Made by a program: the position numbers and the translations under genes. Under the pieces are notes generated by a model. That model saw only the letters and a list, made by a program, of their open reading frames with translations, searched no databases and was not told where the DNA came from. Shown here one piece after another: positions 49,523 to 58,823 of a stretch of 64,000 nt of DNA. Origin of the DNA: an uncultured Bacilli bacterium (GTDB lineage: Bacteria > Bacillota_I > Bacilli_A > RF39 > UBA660); assembly GCA_934162125.1 (NCBI GenBank), contig CAKPHU010000001.1:121352-185351 (forward strand). The letters run 5' to 3'. Every line of letters starts with the position of its first letter. The stretch's first letter is position 1.

Positions 49523-50437
49523 CTATTCTTGACAGTAAGAAGATGCAAGAGTTGCTAAAAGATAGGCAGCTTCTTTAGTTCTAGTTGCACAAAGAAATTG
49601 ACCATTATGACAGAATGTAATATCTTTAATGCCAGTCATTCTTTCAAGATCTTTTTCATCTAGACCACACCATTCTTTAGGAAATGGTTTTCTTAGAGTA
49701 TGATCAGTTAAAGTCTTTTGAAGAGCTTTTACCATATAGCCTCCTCTATTGGAAGGAAAGATAGCATAATAGATTTTATTTTTTAAATCATATTCTAGGA
49801 CTGCTTCTAAGTATGGCATATGTTCTTCTAAAACTAAGACATGGTCTTTTACTTGTGGTAATAATTCTAGAACATGCTTTTTAGCAATTATACGACCAGA
49901 TAAGCTATATAGTTCTTCAATTATTATAGTCTTGGCAAACTCTACAGCTTTTAAGAATTGATCATTTATATCTTCAGTACAACCATATTTAGGATTATAT
50001 AATTTAATAATATCACTTAATGTTTTAACTTTGTATGGAGCATCAATCTTAGGAAATTGACCATTGTCGTCAGCATCAATTGCTTCTACTAAGTCTTTAA
50101 TAAAAGCTTGGTATAGGTCTTCAACATTAGAATAGTTTTCTTTCTCTAAAAAGTCTTTACCATAAGACTCCCATAGAAGACCAAATGAGCAATAAATTAT
50201 ACCATCATCTCTTATTCTGGCATTTGTTTGATGATGATCATATTTACCTAATCCAATATCATAGATGAAAACATTTTCTTTTTCTTCATAAGTAGATGGA
50301 ATGTGTGGAGTACGAAAAACATAAATGTTTTTTTGATATAGTTCTAAGAATGCTGTAGAAAAAACATCATCTGCATGCATATTACCAGCATGAGTTATAC
50401 AGTTTGCTTCATTGATATCATTTACTAATTTAATCAT
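49523..50437 (-). CDS. UPF0160/MYG1-family metal-dependent hydrolase-like protein
   Basis: N-terminal His-rich motif ITHAGNMHADDVF typical of MYG1/UPF0160. About 300 aa. Confidence 0.55.
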   Translation of the reverse strand: MIKLVNDINEANCITHAGNMHADDVFSTAFLELYQKNIYVFRTPHIPSTYEEKENVFIYDIGLGKYDHHQTNARIRDDGIIYCSFGLLWESYGKDFLEKENYSNVEDLYQAFIKDLVEAIDADDNGQFPKIDAPYKVKTLSDIIKLYNPKYGCTEDINDQFLKAVEFAKTIIIEELYSLSGRIIAKKHVLELLPQVKDHVLVLEEHMPYLEAVLEYDLKNKIYYAIFPSNRGGYMVKALQKTLTDHTLRKPFPKEWCGLDEKDLERMTGIKDITFCHNGQFLCATRTKEAAYLLATLASSYCQE

Positions 50438-50475
50438 AATATTCCTCTTTTTCTAGTTAATTATAGCACATTTCT

Positions 50476-52068
50476 TTAATTATGGTATTTTTTAATGATG
50501 GCTTCTGCTACTTTAAAACCGTCCATAGCTGCGGTGGTGATACCTCCAGCATAGCCTGAACCTTCACCGCATGGATAGACACCTGCTATGTTAGAAGTAT
50601 AGTTTTCATCTCTTTCAATTCTAATTGGAGATGATGTTCTACTCTCTATGGCAGATAGAATAGCTCCTGGAGTATCATAACCAGTTATCTTTTTCGCAAA
50701 CTCAGGAATAGCTTCTTTTATTGATGAGGCAATAAACTCTGGAAGACATTCATTTAAGTTAGCGAATGTGTATGCTCCTTTATGAACTGGTTTAATATCT
50801 AAGAATGTTGTACTTTCATTATCTTCTTTAAAATCTTTATATAATTGAACTGGTACTTTACCATTTCCTAGTTTGTAGGCAGACTCCTCTAATTCTTCTT
50901 GGAAAGTAAGGCCAGCAAAAAGATCTGATCCATAATCTTTTGGATTTACAGTAACAACTAAAGCACTATTAGCATTTTCTTCTGAACGATTATAATTACT
51001 CATACCATTGATAGCTAAATGACCTTCTTGGGATGAGGCATTAACAACAAAACCACCTGGACACATACAGAAAGAATAGACTCCTCTATTTTTTTTAGTT
51101 GTATAAGTTAATTTATAATTAGCAGGAGGTAAGAGATGAGCGTATTTGCCATATTGAGACTCATTAATCATCTTTTGAGGATGTTCAATACGAACACCTA
51201 CAGCGAAAGGTTTTGGAGCCATAGAGAGGTTCTTTTCATGTAATAAATGGAATGTTTCTCTAGCACTATGACCAATAGCTAAAACAAGAACACTACAAGG
51301 GAGTTGTTCCTTATTATTGATTTCAATTGCTGTTACAGTGTTGTTTTCAATAATAAGATTAGTAAGCATAGTGTTATAGAGAATATTACCTCCATTAGCA
51401 ATTATCTTATTACGAATATTTTTAATAACTTTTCTTAAAAGATCGGTTCCAATATGAGGATTAGAGATATACATAATTTCTTCTGGAGCTCCATTCTCAA
51501 CAAATATTTCAAAGATTTTTTTACCACGAAAAGCTTTATCTTTAGACATCGTATTTAGTTTACCATCAGAGAAAGTACCTGCTCCACCTTCACCAAATTG
51601 AACATTTGAATCTTTATTTAATTTACCAGTTGCCCAGAATTCTTCAATAGTTTTTACTCTAGAATCAACATCTTCTCCTCTTTCAATTATTAGAGGTTTA
51701 TAACCTTGTTCAGCTAAAAGATAGGAACAGAAAAGTCCAGCTGGACCACTACCAACAATAATAGGTCTATTCTTTAACTCTTCACTACCAGTTGGTGGAC
51801 AGATATATTCTTCATTAGGTGAGGCAAAGATATCATTTGAAGTGTTAGACTTAAGTATTAGGGCTTCTTTAGGTGTTTTAACATCTACTTCATAAATATA
51901 GTAGATAGTGTCTTTCTTTCTAGCATCAAGAGACTTTTTCTTGATAGAGAAAGAAGTAATGTCTGATGTTTTGATATGAAGTATTTTTGCTATTTTAGAA
52001 AGCAGTACTTCATCATTTGAATTTTCTACTGGTATTTTAATTTGTCTAATTCTAAGCATTTTTATCAT
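50476..52068 (-). CDS. FAD-dependent oxidoreductase of unknown specificity (COG2509-like)
   Basis: Rossmann dinucleotide motif IVGSGPAGLFCSYLLAEQG and a second GxGxxG further in. 530 aa. Confidence 0.6.
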   Translation of the reverse strand: MIKMLRIRQIKIPVENSNDEVLLSKIAKILHIKTSDITSFSIKKKSLDARKKDTIYYIYEVDVKTPKEALILKSNTSNDIFASPNEEYICPPTGSEELKNRPIIVGSGPAGLFCSYLLAEQGYKPLIIERGEDVDSRVKTIEEFWATGKLNKDSNVQFGEGGAGTFSDGKLNTMSKDKAFRGKKIFEIFVENGAPEEIMYISNPHIGTDLLRKVIKNIRNKIIANGGNILYNTMLTNLIIENNTVTAIEINNKEQLPCSVLVLAIGHSARETFHLLHEKNLSMAPKPFAVGVRIEHPQKMINESQYGKYAHLLPPANYKLTYTTKKNRGVYSFCMCPGGFVVNASSQEGHLAINGMSNYNRSEENANSALVVTVNPKDYGSDLFAGLTFQEELEESAYKLGNGKVPVQLYKDFKEDNESTTFLDIKPVHKGAYTFANLNECLPEFIASSIKEAIPEFAKKITGYDTPGAILSAIESRTSSPIRIERDENYTSNIAGVYPCGEGSGYAGGITTAAMDGFKVAEAIIKKYHN

Positions 52069-53272
52069 CCTTTATATTTTTTCCAGCTAAAAGTCCGGTT
52101 AACCAGGCAACTGTTAAGTTATAACCACCACAGATACCATCAATATCTAGTAATTCTCCAGTAATGTATAAGTTTTGACATTTTAGAGATTCCATAGTCT
52201 CTAAATTTACCTCTGTTAGAGGAATACCACCTGTTACAGTTTGAGCTTCATAGAAAGTATTAGTTCCAGTTATTTGAACTTTAAAATTGCATAGATTAGA
52301 TAAAAGTATTCCTTTTTCTAAAAGAGTTAGTTCTTTATAAGTAATTGACTCTTTTAAATGACAATTTTTTAAAAGTGCAGTGACTAATTTATAGTTTAAG
52401 ACTTTTTCTAAATCATTAGATACTTTCTCATCAGCATAAGTAATACTTCTTTCTTTTAACCAGGTCTTTTTATCAGATATAAAAGGAAGAAAATCAATAG
52501 AGATTAGTTCTTTTTTACCTTCATCTAGTCCTCTAGATATTAAACTTGATAAATTAAAGATGCAAATACCTGATAGACCGTAATCAGTTATTTGAAGTTC
52601 TCCAGACTCTTCTTTTATTTTTTCTGTATCTTCATAAAGAGTTAAATTAACATCAGTTCTTACGCCACTTACTTCTTTAGCAAAAGGAAGAGTTGCCTTT
52701 AATTGAACTAAGGCTGGAAGAGGCTTAATAATGGTATGACCAAATTCTTTAGCAAAACTATAGCCTGCTCCATCACTACCTGTTTTAGGTGCAGCTGCTC
52801 CACCTGTTGCGATAATTAGTTTATCAGCAATAATAGTCTCATCAGTACTACGAATATAGAATTTATCTTTTTTAAAGATTTCTATAACAAGAAAATTAGT
52901 TTTAATAGTTACTTTTTTACTTAAAGCTTTCTCTAAAAGAGCATTTCTAATGCTTGAAGCTTGATTAGAGGTTGGATAATAATAACCATTCTTTATTTTA
53001 GGTATTATTCCTAGAGAAGTAAAAAAATCTCTAACACTAGTTAGGTTGTCTTCAGTTATTAGTTTTTTTATTAAATCATTATTAGTACTATGGTAATTTG
53101 TAAGTTTTTGATTATCATTATAGTAATTACAATGACCATTTCCTGTCGCTAAAATCTTTTTACCACATGAGGTATTTTTTTCTAAAATTATAACTTCATT
53201 AGTGGGAGTCTTAGCAGTTATTCCAGCAACTAGTCCAGAAGCTCCACCACCAATAATTACAATTGTTTCCAT
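52052..53272 (-). CDS. HI0933/YhiN-family flavoprotein (aminoacetone-oxidase-like FAD-binding protein)
   Basis: N-terminal IIGGGASGLVAG FAD motif, about 400 aa, and a C-terminal pattern typical of the HI0933 family. Overlaps the upstream flavoprotein gene by 17 nt. Confidence 0.65.
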   Translation of the reverse strand: METIVIIGGGASGLVAGITAKTPTNEVIILEKNTSCGKKILATGNGHCNYYNDNQKLTNYHSTNNDLIKKLITEDNLTSVRDFFTSLGIIPKIKNGYYYPTSNQASSIRNALLEKALSKKVTIKTNFLVIEIFKKDKFYIRSTDETIIADKLIIATGGAAAPKTGSDGAGYSFAKEFGHTIIKPLPALVQLKATLPFAKEVSGVRTDVNLTLYEDTEKIKEESGELQITDYGLSGICIFNLSSLISRGLDEGKKELISIDFLPFISDKKTWLKERSITYADEKVSNDLEKVLNYKLVTALLKNCHLKESITYKELTLLEKGILLSNLCNFKVQITGTNTFYEAQTVTGGIPLTEVNLETMESLKCQNLYITGELLDIDGICGGYNLTVAWLTGLLAGKNIKDDKNA

Positions 53273-53316
53273 TTAAATCACCATTCTTAGTATAACATAC
53301 TTTTCTTATTTAGAAA

Positions 53317-53344
53317 TGAAAAAATCCTCAGATACGTGAGGATT
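53317..53344 (-). terminator. Rho-independent terminator (AATCCTCA-cgtatc-TGAGGATT plus TTTTT) ending the 57475..53350 operon
   Basis: Perfect 8-bp stem followed by a T-run, read on the minus strand directly after the stop at 53350. Confidence 0.6.
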
Positions 53345-53349
53345 AAACA

Positions 53350-53895
53350 TTATTTTTTATAAATTGTATAACCACATGTTAAGACAAGTAAAATACCAAT
53401 ACTTATAGGAAGAACAATTTCATCAGTAAAGGCACTTATAGCAAGAGTACTGATAAGGATAAGAGCAGTCGTACCAATTTCATATTTACCAATCTTGACT
53501 CTAGTAGGAACTATCTCTTTATCGCCCCACTCTACTCTTTGTAATTCATTCATTGCAATGTCAGCACCTAAGTCTTCACAAATATTATTTTCAATTTTAT
53601 TTAAGTCTTCTTCAGAAACATCAGGAGTATGAACAGTTTTTTTAAAAACTAGAATTTTACCATTTTCACTTTGAACTGTTTCAAATAAGTAAATTATTTT
53701 AAGAATATCTTTTTCTTTATAGGCAAAAACAATATCTTTATTTTCTAAGGCATATTCTGTTTCTCTTACAATACTTGAATCGACTTTGACTAATTCACAA
53801 AATATTTTACCATCTAAAGTTTTCTTTTTTAATATAACTTCACGATAATGTTTTTTTTTGACTTTTTTTGAGTCTTTTTTCACTTCTTTTTTCAT
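53350..53895 (-). CDS. Hypothetical 181-aa protein with a C-terminal transmembrane hairpin
   Basis: Lys-rich N-terminus, soluble domain, then two C-terminal hydrophobic helices. Last gene of the operon. Confidence 0.5.
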   Translation of the reverse strand: MKKEVKKDSKKVKKKHYREVILKKKTLDGKIFCELVKVDSSIVRETEYALENKDIVFAYKEKDILKIIYLFETVQSENGKILVFKKTVHTPDVSEEDLNKIENNICEDLGADIAMNELQRVEWGDKEIVPTRVKIGKYEIGTTALILISTLAISAFTDEIVLPISIGILLVLTCGYTIYKK

Positions 53896-53907
53896 TTTTT
53901 ACTCCTT

Positions 53908-55062
53908 CTATATTCCAAAAAGTACTTTTTCACTTTTGAAACGTTTAATTATAAAGACTATTACTAAATAAGTTAAAACTAGTGATGAAACAATGCAGGC
54001 AATTATATTTAAATAGTTAACGGTACTAGAAAAGATATCCATTAATATTTGAACGTGACCTAGTATTGGGATAGCATAATAGATTAAGTTAGGTACATTA
54101 GACTCAATCATTGAGAAGATCATTGGAGCAATAGTGATATATGATAAGATTTGAGTAGCTGCTTGAGCTTCTTTATAAGTCTTAGTATAACTAGTTATAG
54201 CTAAAGCAATACCTGATATTAGGATTGATGCGACTAGGCAGATAATGACAGCGATTAGAATACTTTCTAAGTTGATATTTATGTTGATATCTTTATAGAT
54301 CGAATAAGTATTATTACAATATATTAGACTAAGAATAGTTACTAGAAGTCCAAATAAAGATGATAATGTACTCATAACAACTGTAGCAAGATACTTGCCT
54401 GAAATTAACTCTGTTGTGGTGATAGGAAAAGTTAAAATTGTTTCTAGAGTTCCTTGTTCTTTTTCTACGGCTGTAGCTGTTGTAGCCATTGATGATGATG
54501 TTAGAGCAATAGCCATAATAATGTAGGCAAAAGCTACAGATAAGAAAGTATCTAACATAATATTTTCACCAGAAATGTATTCTTGTTCGTAAGTAAAGTT
54601 TTGATAAATTACAGCTGGATCCATTCCTTCATTTAGTAAATATTGATCTCCTAGATAACGATTATAATTATCAAGATATGTCATAAGTAAACTAGCTGTT
54701 GTTAGACCAGAATTACCTTGATCAGAATAGACTGTGTACTTATTATTATCTCTATCATAGATGAGATAGGCACTAATTTCTTTAGAAGCAAAAGCTTGAG
54801 CTAGTTCTTCTTCTTGATAGACAACTGGTTTTAGAGATAGACTTTTCATAAGTTCTTTTTCAGTACTACTTAAGGTGTAATTAACGCCTACTTCATATTC
54901 TTTAGTTTCAGTATCTTCTATATTACTATAAAGACTTGAGAAAAAGATAATGAAGAAAGCAATGAAAATAGGAACAACAAATATCATTAAAAGAGCTTTC
55001 TTATCACGAAATATTGAACGAAGTTCTTTTTTTATGGTTGTTAAAACATTATTCTTATTCAT
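53908..55062 (-). CDS. ABC-2-type exporter permease with a large extracytoplasmic loop after TM1 (NatB-like)
   Basis: 384 aa: TM1, about 140-aa loop, then 5 TM helices. Overlaps the ATPase gene by 8 nt. The size and topology resemble Bacillus NatB. Confidence 0.6.
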   Translation of the reverse strand: MNKNNVLTTIKKELRSIFRDKKALLMIFVVPIFIAFFIIFFSSLYSNIEDTETKEYEVGVNYTLSSTEKELMKSLSLKPVVYQEEELAQAFASKEISAYLIYDRDNNKYTVYSDQGNSGLTTASLLMTYLDNYNRYLGDQYLLNEGMDPAVIYQNFTYEQEYISGENIMLDTFLSVAFAYIIMAIALTSSSMATTATAVEKEQGTLETILTFPITTTELISGKYLATVVMSTLSSLFGLLVTILSLIYCNNTYSIYKDINININLESILIAVIICLVASILISGIALAITSYTKTYKEAQAATQILSYITIAPMIFSMIESNVPNLIYYAIPILGHVQILMDIFSSTVNYLNIIACIVSSLVLTYLVIVFIIKRFKSEKVLFGI

Positions 55063-55807
55063 ATTTGCCTCCTATTAGAGCAAAGAAGCTATCTCTTAAA
55101 TTAGTTGTCTTAGTCTTCTTACAGATTTCTTCAGGAGTACCTGTGGCGATAACTTGTCCTTTATTAATCATAATTATACGATCACAAATATTTTCAGCTT
55201 CCTCCATATAATGAGTAGAATATAGGACACATTTATTATTAGCCTTCTCTTCTTTAATAAAATCTAGAATTGTTTTACTAGAAATAACATCTAGGCCAGA
55301 TGTAGCTTCATCTAGAATGTAATATTTAGGATTATGAACCAGACATCTAGCAATACTTACACGTTGATATTGACCAGTTGATAAAGTAGATATTTTTTGA
55401 TGAAGAAAAGGTTCAAGAGAAAATCTTTTAGAAATTTCTTTAATCTTCTTAGGTAGTTCTTTTTTAGAAACTCCATAGTAAGAACCACACATTTCAAGTA
55501 ATTCATTAGGAGAAATATCACGATATAATTTAGTGTTACCAGAAAGATAAGCAATTTTTTTCTTGATTTCTAATCCATTTTCTTGATAAGTTTCATCATC
55601 AATTAAGACTTCTCCTTCGGTTGGAGTCATGATACCAGCAATAAGACGAAGAAGCGTAGTCTTACCTGCTCCATTTGGACCAATTAGGCCAATTACTTCA
55701 CCTTCTTTAGCAGTAAAAGATATATCATTATCAGCTTTAAATTTAATTATTTCATTCTTATTAATAGTTTTTTCAAACTCTTTTGTGACATTTTTTACTT
55801 CTATCAT
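55055..55807 (-). CDS. ABC transporter ATP-binding protein (NatA-like)
   Basis: Walker A GPNGAGKTT, ABC signature LSTGQYQR and Walker B ILDEATSGLD. 250 aa. Confidence 0.85.
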   Translation of the reverse strand: MIEVKNVTKEFEKTINKNEIIKFKADNDISFTAKEGEVIGLIGPNGAGKTTLLRLIAGIMTPTEGEVLIDDETYQENGLEIKKKIAYLSGNTKLYRDISPNELLEMCGSYYGVSKKELPKKIKEISKRFSLEPFLHQKISTLSTGQYQRVSIARCLVHNPKYYILDEATSGLDVISSKTILDFIKEEKANNKCVLYSTHYMEEAENICDRIIMINKGQVIATGTPEEICKKTKTTNLRDSFFALIGGKYE

Positions 55808-55809
55808 AA

Positions 55810-56355
55810 TTATTCTCCTTCATCAAGAGCTGTTAAAATCCAATCATAGTCAACAAGATTGAAAGATGTACCACAATAAGGACAAATTCCAGTATGGTTT
55901 GAATCAATGCTGGCATTACAACCTGGACATTTTTTAATGACACCTGAGTCTTTAGCACTTATTAATTTTTCAAAAGTTAAGTAATTAGTCTTTTCAATAC
56001 GATGGTCGTTAATGCCAGAAATATATTTTTTAGTAGTTTTGTCAATTTGGTAATCCATATAACGAGATATAAGTTTTACTTCAATAATATATTTTTCAGG
56101 AGTCTTATCAATATTTATAATTTCAGATGATTTAACATTTAACTCATCATATAATTGTTGCTGATTATTAGAATTTAATTCTTTTAAAAAGTCATTATAT
56201 TTTTCATATAAAGTAGCTGATAGTTTGTGTTTTACTTTAGGTAGATTATCAGTCATTATAGCAGAAAGTAACATAATATAAGTGTTATCTACTTTAGCAA
56301 GAAACGAACTTTCAGAGAAAGTACTATCTTCTTTTATTAATTCTTTTAGTTCCAT
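55810..56355 (-). CDS. Soluble Tim44-like (NTF2-fold) domain protein with a C-terminal zinc ribbon (CPGC...CPYC)
   Basis: The pattern F..SSF...NTYIMLLSAIMTDNL...L...LYEKY and the terminal DWILTAL fit a Tim44-like domain. The zinc ribbon is read directly. It is a paralog of the upstream gene. Confidence 0.45.
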   Translation of the reverse strand: MELKELIKEDSTFSESSFLAKVDNTYIMLLSAIMTDNLPKVKHKLSATLYEKYNDFLKELNSNNQQQLYDELNVKSSEIINIDKTPEKYIIEVKLISRYMDYQIDKTTKKYISGINDHRIEKTNYLTFEKLISAKDSGVIKKCPGCNASIDSNHTGICPYCGTSFNLVDYDWILTALDEGE

Positions 56356-57239
56356 TCTTGTCCTTTGGCCTCCTTCTTAGATAAGATCCAAGTACTGCTG
56401 TCTTTAGTAATTGTTGATTTGCAGTATGGACATTGTTGTGATGATACATCTTCCAATTTTGCTCCACATGATGGACAAGTATCATCTTTAGATTTTTTAA
56501 CTGATTTTACGAAAGTTAATTCATAATGCATTCTAACTTTATCATTTTTGTGGCCTCTAATAGTTGTATTATTAGCGTTGACAATATAATCATAGAAGTT
56601 AGTTATAAGTTCAATAGTAACAGTTAGGTTATTATTTTCTCTAGTTACTTTGGTAATCATGGCATCATTATAGACAAATTCTTTCATGATGTTCTTTTGA
56701 CCTTTTATTTTTAAAGTGTCTAATTGCATAGAATATTGATTGTATAATTCGTCAGTTGTTTTACTTCTTAATGTATCATAATCAAAGTCCATCCAAGCTT
56801 CTTGAATTTGAACTAGATCAATATAACGTTTGTCAAGAAAGTCTTCAACTGTTTTAGTTTCTTTGTCTTTTAAGTAGTTATTAAATTCATCTTCAGATAT
56901 TTCCTTATTATGATTTAGTTCTAATCTTGGAGCTAATTTTTTAGCTCTTCGTTTCTTTTTAATCTCATTTTCTAAAATTACATATATGATACATGCAATG
57001 ATGACAAGTATATTTATTAAATGATTGCTGGACCCAGACCTACTAGATCCATGGTCATGTCCCCAGTCACTGCCACCACCAGATGACCAGCCGCCACCAG
57101 AACCTCCACTATCATAATCTGTATCAAAGCCAGCATCAGTAGCGATAAATTTAGGATTGTAGTTAAAAACAGTAAATATAGATGCTACAGCAATGATAAA
57201 CAATGCAACAAATTTTAATTTTCTTTTTTTCTTAAACAT
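56346..57239 (-). CDS. Membrane protein: TM1, Gly/Ser-rich acidic extracytoplasmic loop (DYDSGGSGGGWSSGGGSDWGHDHGSS), TM2, then a cytoplasmic Tim44-like domain and zinc ribbon (CPSC...CPYC)
   Basis: Topology and motifs read directly. The C-terminal domain is paralogous to the downstream 181-aa protein. Confidence 0.45.
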   Translation of the reverse strand: MFKKKRKLKFVALFIIAVASIFTVFNYNPKFIATDAGFDTDYDSGGSGGGWSSGGGSDWGHDHGSSRSGSSNHLINILVIIACIIYVILENEIKKKRRAKKLAPRLELNHNKEISEDEFNNYLKDKETKTVEDFLDKRYIDLVQIQEAWMDFDYDTLRSKTTDELYNQYSMQLDTLKIKGQKNIMKEFVYNDAMITKVTRENNNLTVTIELITNFYDYIVNANNTTIRGHKNDKVRMHYELTFVKSVKKSKDDTCPSCGAKLEDVSSQQCPYCKSTITKDSSTWILSKKEAKGQEWN

Positions 57240-57274
57240 ATTTTTCTCCTTTTACTTATTAGATATGTAAAATA

Positions 57275-57475
57275 TTAAAGACTTGCTGGCTGATGTTGGG
57301 ATTCAGAACTGGAATTATCTTCTTTTTCTTCAACGCTAGAATTAGTTGTATCAATAGAAGTAGATATATCTTCTTTAGGCATATTGGTATAAGTTGCGGC
57401 TGTCGCAACAAGAACAAAAGCTACTAGCATTGTGACCTTTAAAGTTTTTAATTTTTCTTTTTGCATATTTCTCAC
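57275..57475 (-). CDS. Small secreted peptide precursor of 66 aa: a signal peptide followed by a roughly 35-aa acidic Ser/Thr-rich peptide
   Basis: Signal-peptide-like N-terminus (LKVTMLVAFVLVATAATYT). Preceded by an extended -10 (TGtTACAAT) and RBS GGTGAG. First gene of the 57475..53350 operon. Confidence 0.4.
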   Translation of the reverse strand: MRNMQKEKLKTLKVTMLVAFVLVATAATYTNMPKEDISTSIDTTNSSVEEKEDNSSSESQHQPASL

Positions 57476-57554
57476 CTATTATCTACATTGTAACATTTTT
57501 AAGCTTCTGTTTCTACAAACATAAAAAAAAGAACATAATCTTTACACTTTTAGA

Positions 57555-58172
57555 TTAATATTCTTCTTTATTTACTAAATATGAAACTACTACTAGTTGT
57601 CTATCATTAGTATCTTTCTTACAAGTTATTAGTGTTAACGTATTCTGATTTAAGTCTCTACTTATTTCAACAGAGCCATCTTTTTTAACATCATATATCT
57701 CATCAATGTGGTAAGTATACTTTATTCCTTCATGATAGATATAGACAATGTCATTTAGTTCTAGACGATGAAATTGATTGAAGTAAGAAATACGAGCAGT
57801 ACCATTATGGGCTGCTAAAACGACATTTCCATTTACTTCTTGAGGTAGAGAACTTTCTTTTAGAATAGCAACATTTTTCTCAATTGTATTTTGATCTGAT
57901 TCTAATGAATAAACTCCTCTTTTTAAACCAATTTTAGGTATTTCTAAGATGAGTAGAAACTCCTCTTCCTTATTGTCAGAAGGTGGAGTTTCAATATTTT
58001 CCTTTTCTTCCTCTTTAACTTTAGAAGTATTTTCTAAATAATCATTTACCTTATTATTGTCTTCTGTTGTATGCTCTTTTTCAAGAAAAATAGGAACAAC
58101 TCCAATCATTATTCCTATTATCACAACAATTATTCCAAATGCTAGAGTTTTAGCTTTGCTTTTTTCTTGCAC
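57555..58172 (-). CDS. Sortase-family transpeptidase
   Basis: N-terminal membrane anchor, catalytic His region (LAAHNG) and the TLxTC Cys motif (LTLITCKKD). GTG start overlapping the upstream gene's end. Confidence 0.7.
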   Translation of the reverse strand: MQEKSKAKTLAFGIIVVIIGIMIGVVPIFLEKEHTTEDNNKVNDYLENTSKVKEEEKENIETPPSDNKEEEFLLILEIPKIGLKRGVYSLESDQNTIEKNVAILKESSLPQEVNGNVVLAAHNGTARISYFNQFHRLELNDIVYIYHEGIKYTYHIDEIYDVKKDGSVEISRDLNQNTLTLITCKKDTNDRQLVVVSYLVNKEEY

Positions 58173-58794
58173 TTATAATTATTCCTAATCCTATTAAAAC
58201 TATGATAATTGAAAATACAATTGTATAAGGAAAACTATTACTCATAGTATCTGGAGTTTCAACAATTTCAACAGGTGGTTTGCCATTATCATATTGAGCA
58301 TAGAATGACCAATCAATATATGATGATTCATTAAACTCTGTATTACCATAACTTTCAGATAATTTTGTTTCTACAACCATTTTAGAAGTCTTTGATGGTT
58401 CAAAATCTCCTAGTAGAATTGCTTGTTGAAGATCAATTCCTTGATTAGTATAGTCAAGGCCAGTAGCCTTTCCTTCATAGATAACTTTATCATCTAATTT
58501 AATTTTCATTATGATATTTTCTAGCAACTCATCTGCTTCAGCACTTTGACTTTTAGGTACAACTTTAAAAAATAAAGTATATTTTATTTTTGTTCCATTC
58601 TCAATAGTTAATTCATCTGTATAACTACTACCAGGAACCATATCCATATGCTTCATGAATACATCTTCATCTATTAATTTGCTTTCATAATATAGACGAT
58701 CATTTTCTTCTGTAAAATATAATCTGTTTTCTTTAGCTTGTACAGATATAGTACTAAGTACAAAAACAAATATTAATAATATGATTTTTTTCAT
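58150..58794 (-). CDS. Secreted protein with a cell-wall-sorting-signal-like C-terminus (motif region VETPDTMSNSFPY, hydrophobic helix, ARKKQS tail) but no canonical LPXTG; a candidate sortase substrate
   Basis: Sec signal peptide (ISVQA|KE) and a tripartite C-terminus, read directly. Immediately upstream of and overlapping the sortase gene. Confidence 0.5.
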   Translation of the reverse strand: MKKIILLIFVFVLSTISVQAKENRLYFTEENDRLYYESKLIDEDVFMKHMDMVPGSSYTDELTIENGTKIKYTLFFKVVPKSQSAEADELLENIIMKIKLDDKVIYEGKATGLDYTNQGIDLQQAILLGDFEPSKTSKMVVETKLSESYGNTEFNESSYIDWSFYAQYDNGKPPVEIVETPDTMSNSFPYTIVFSIIIVLIGLGIIISARKKQS

Positions 58795-58823
58795 AGCAAA
58801 CCTCCTAGTCCTTTCTTTGTTAA

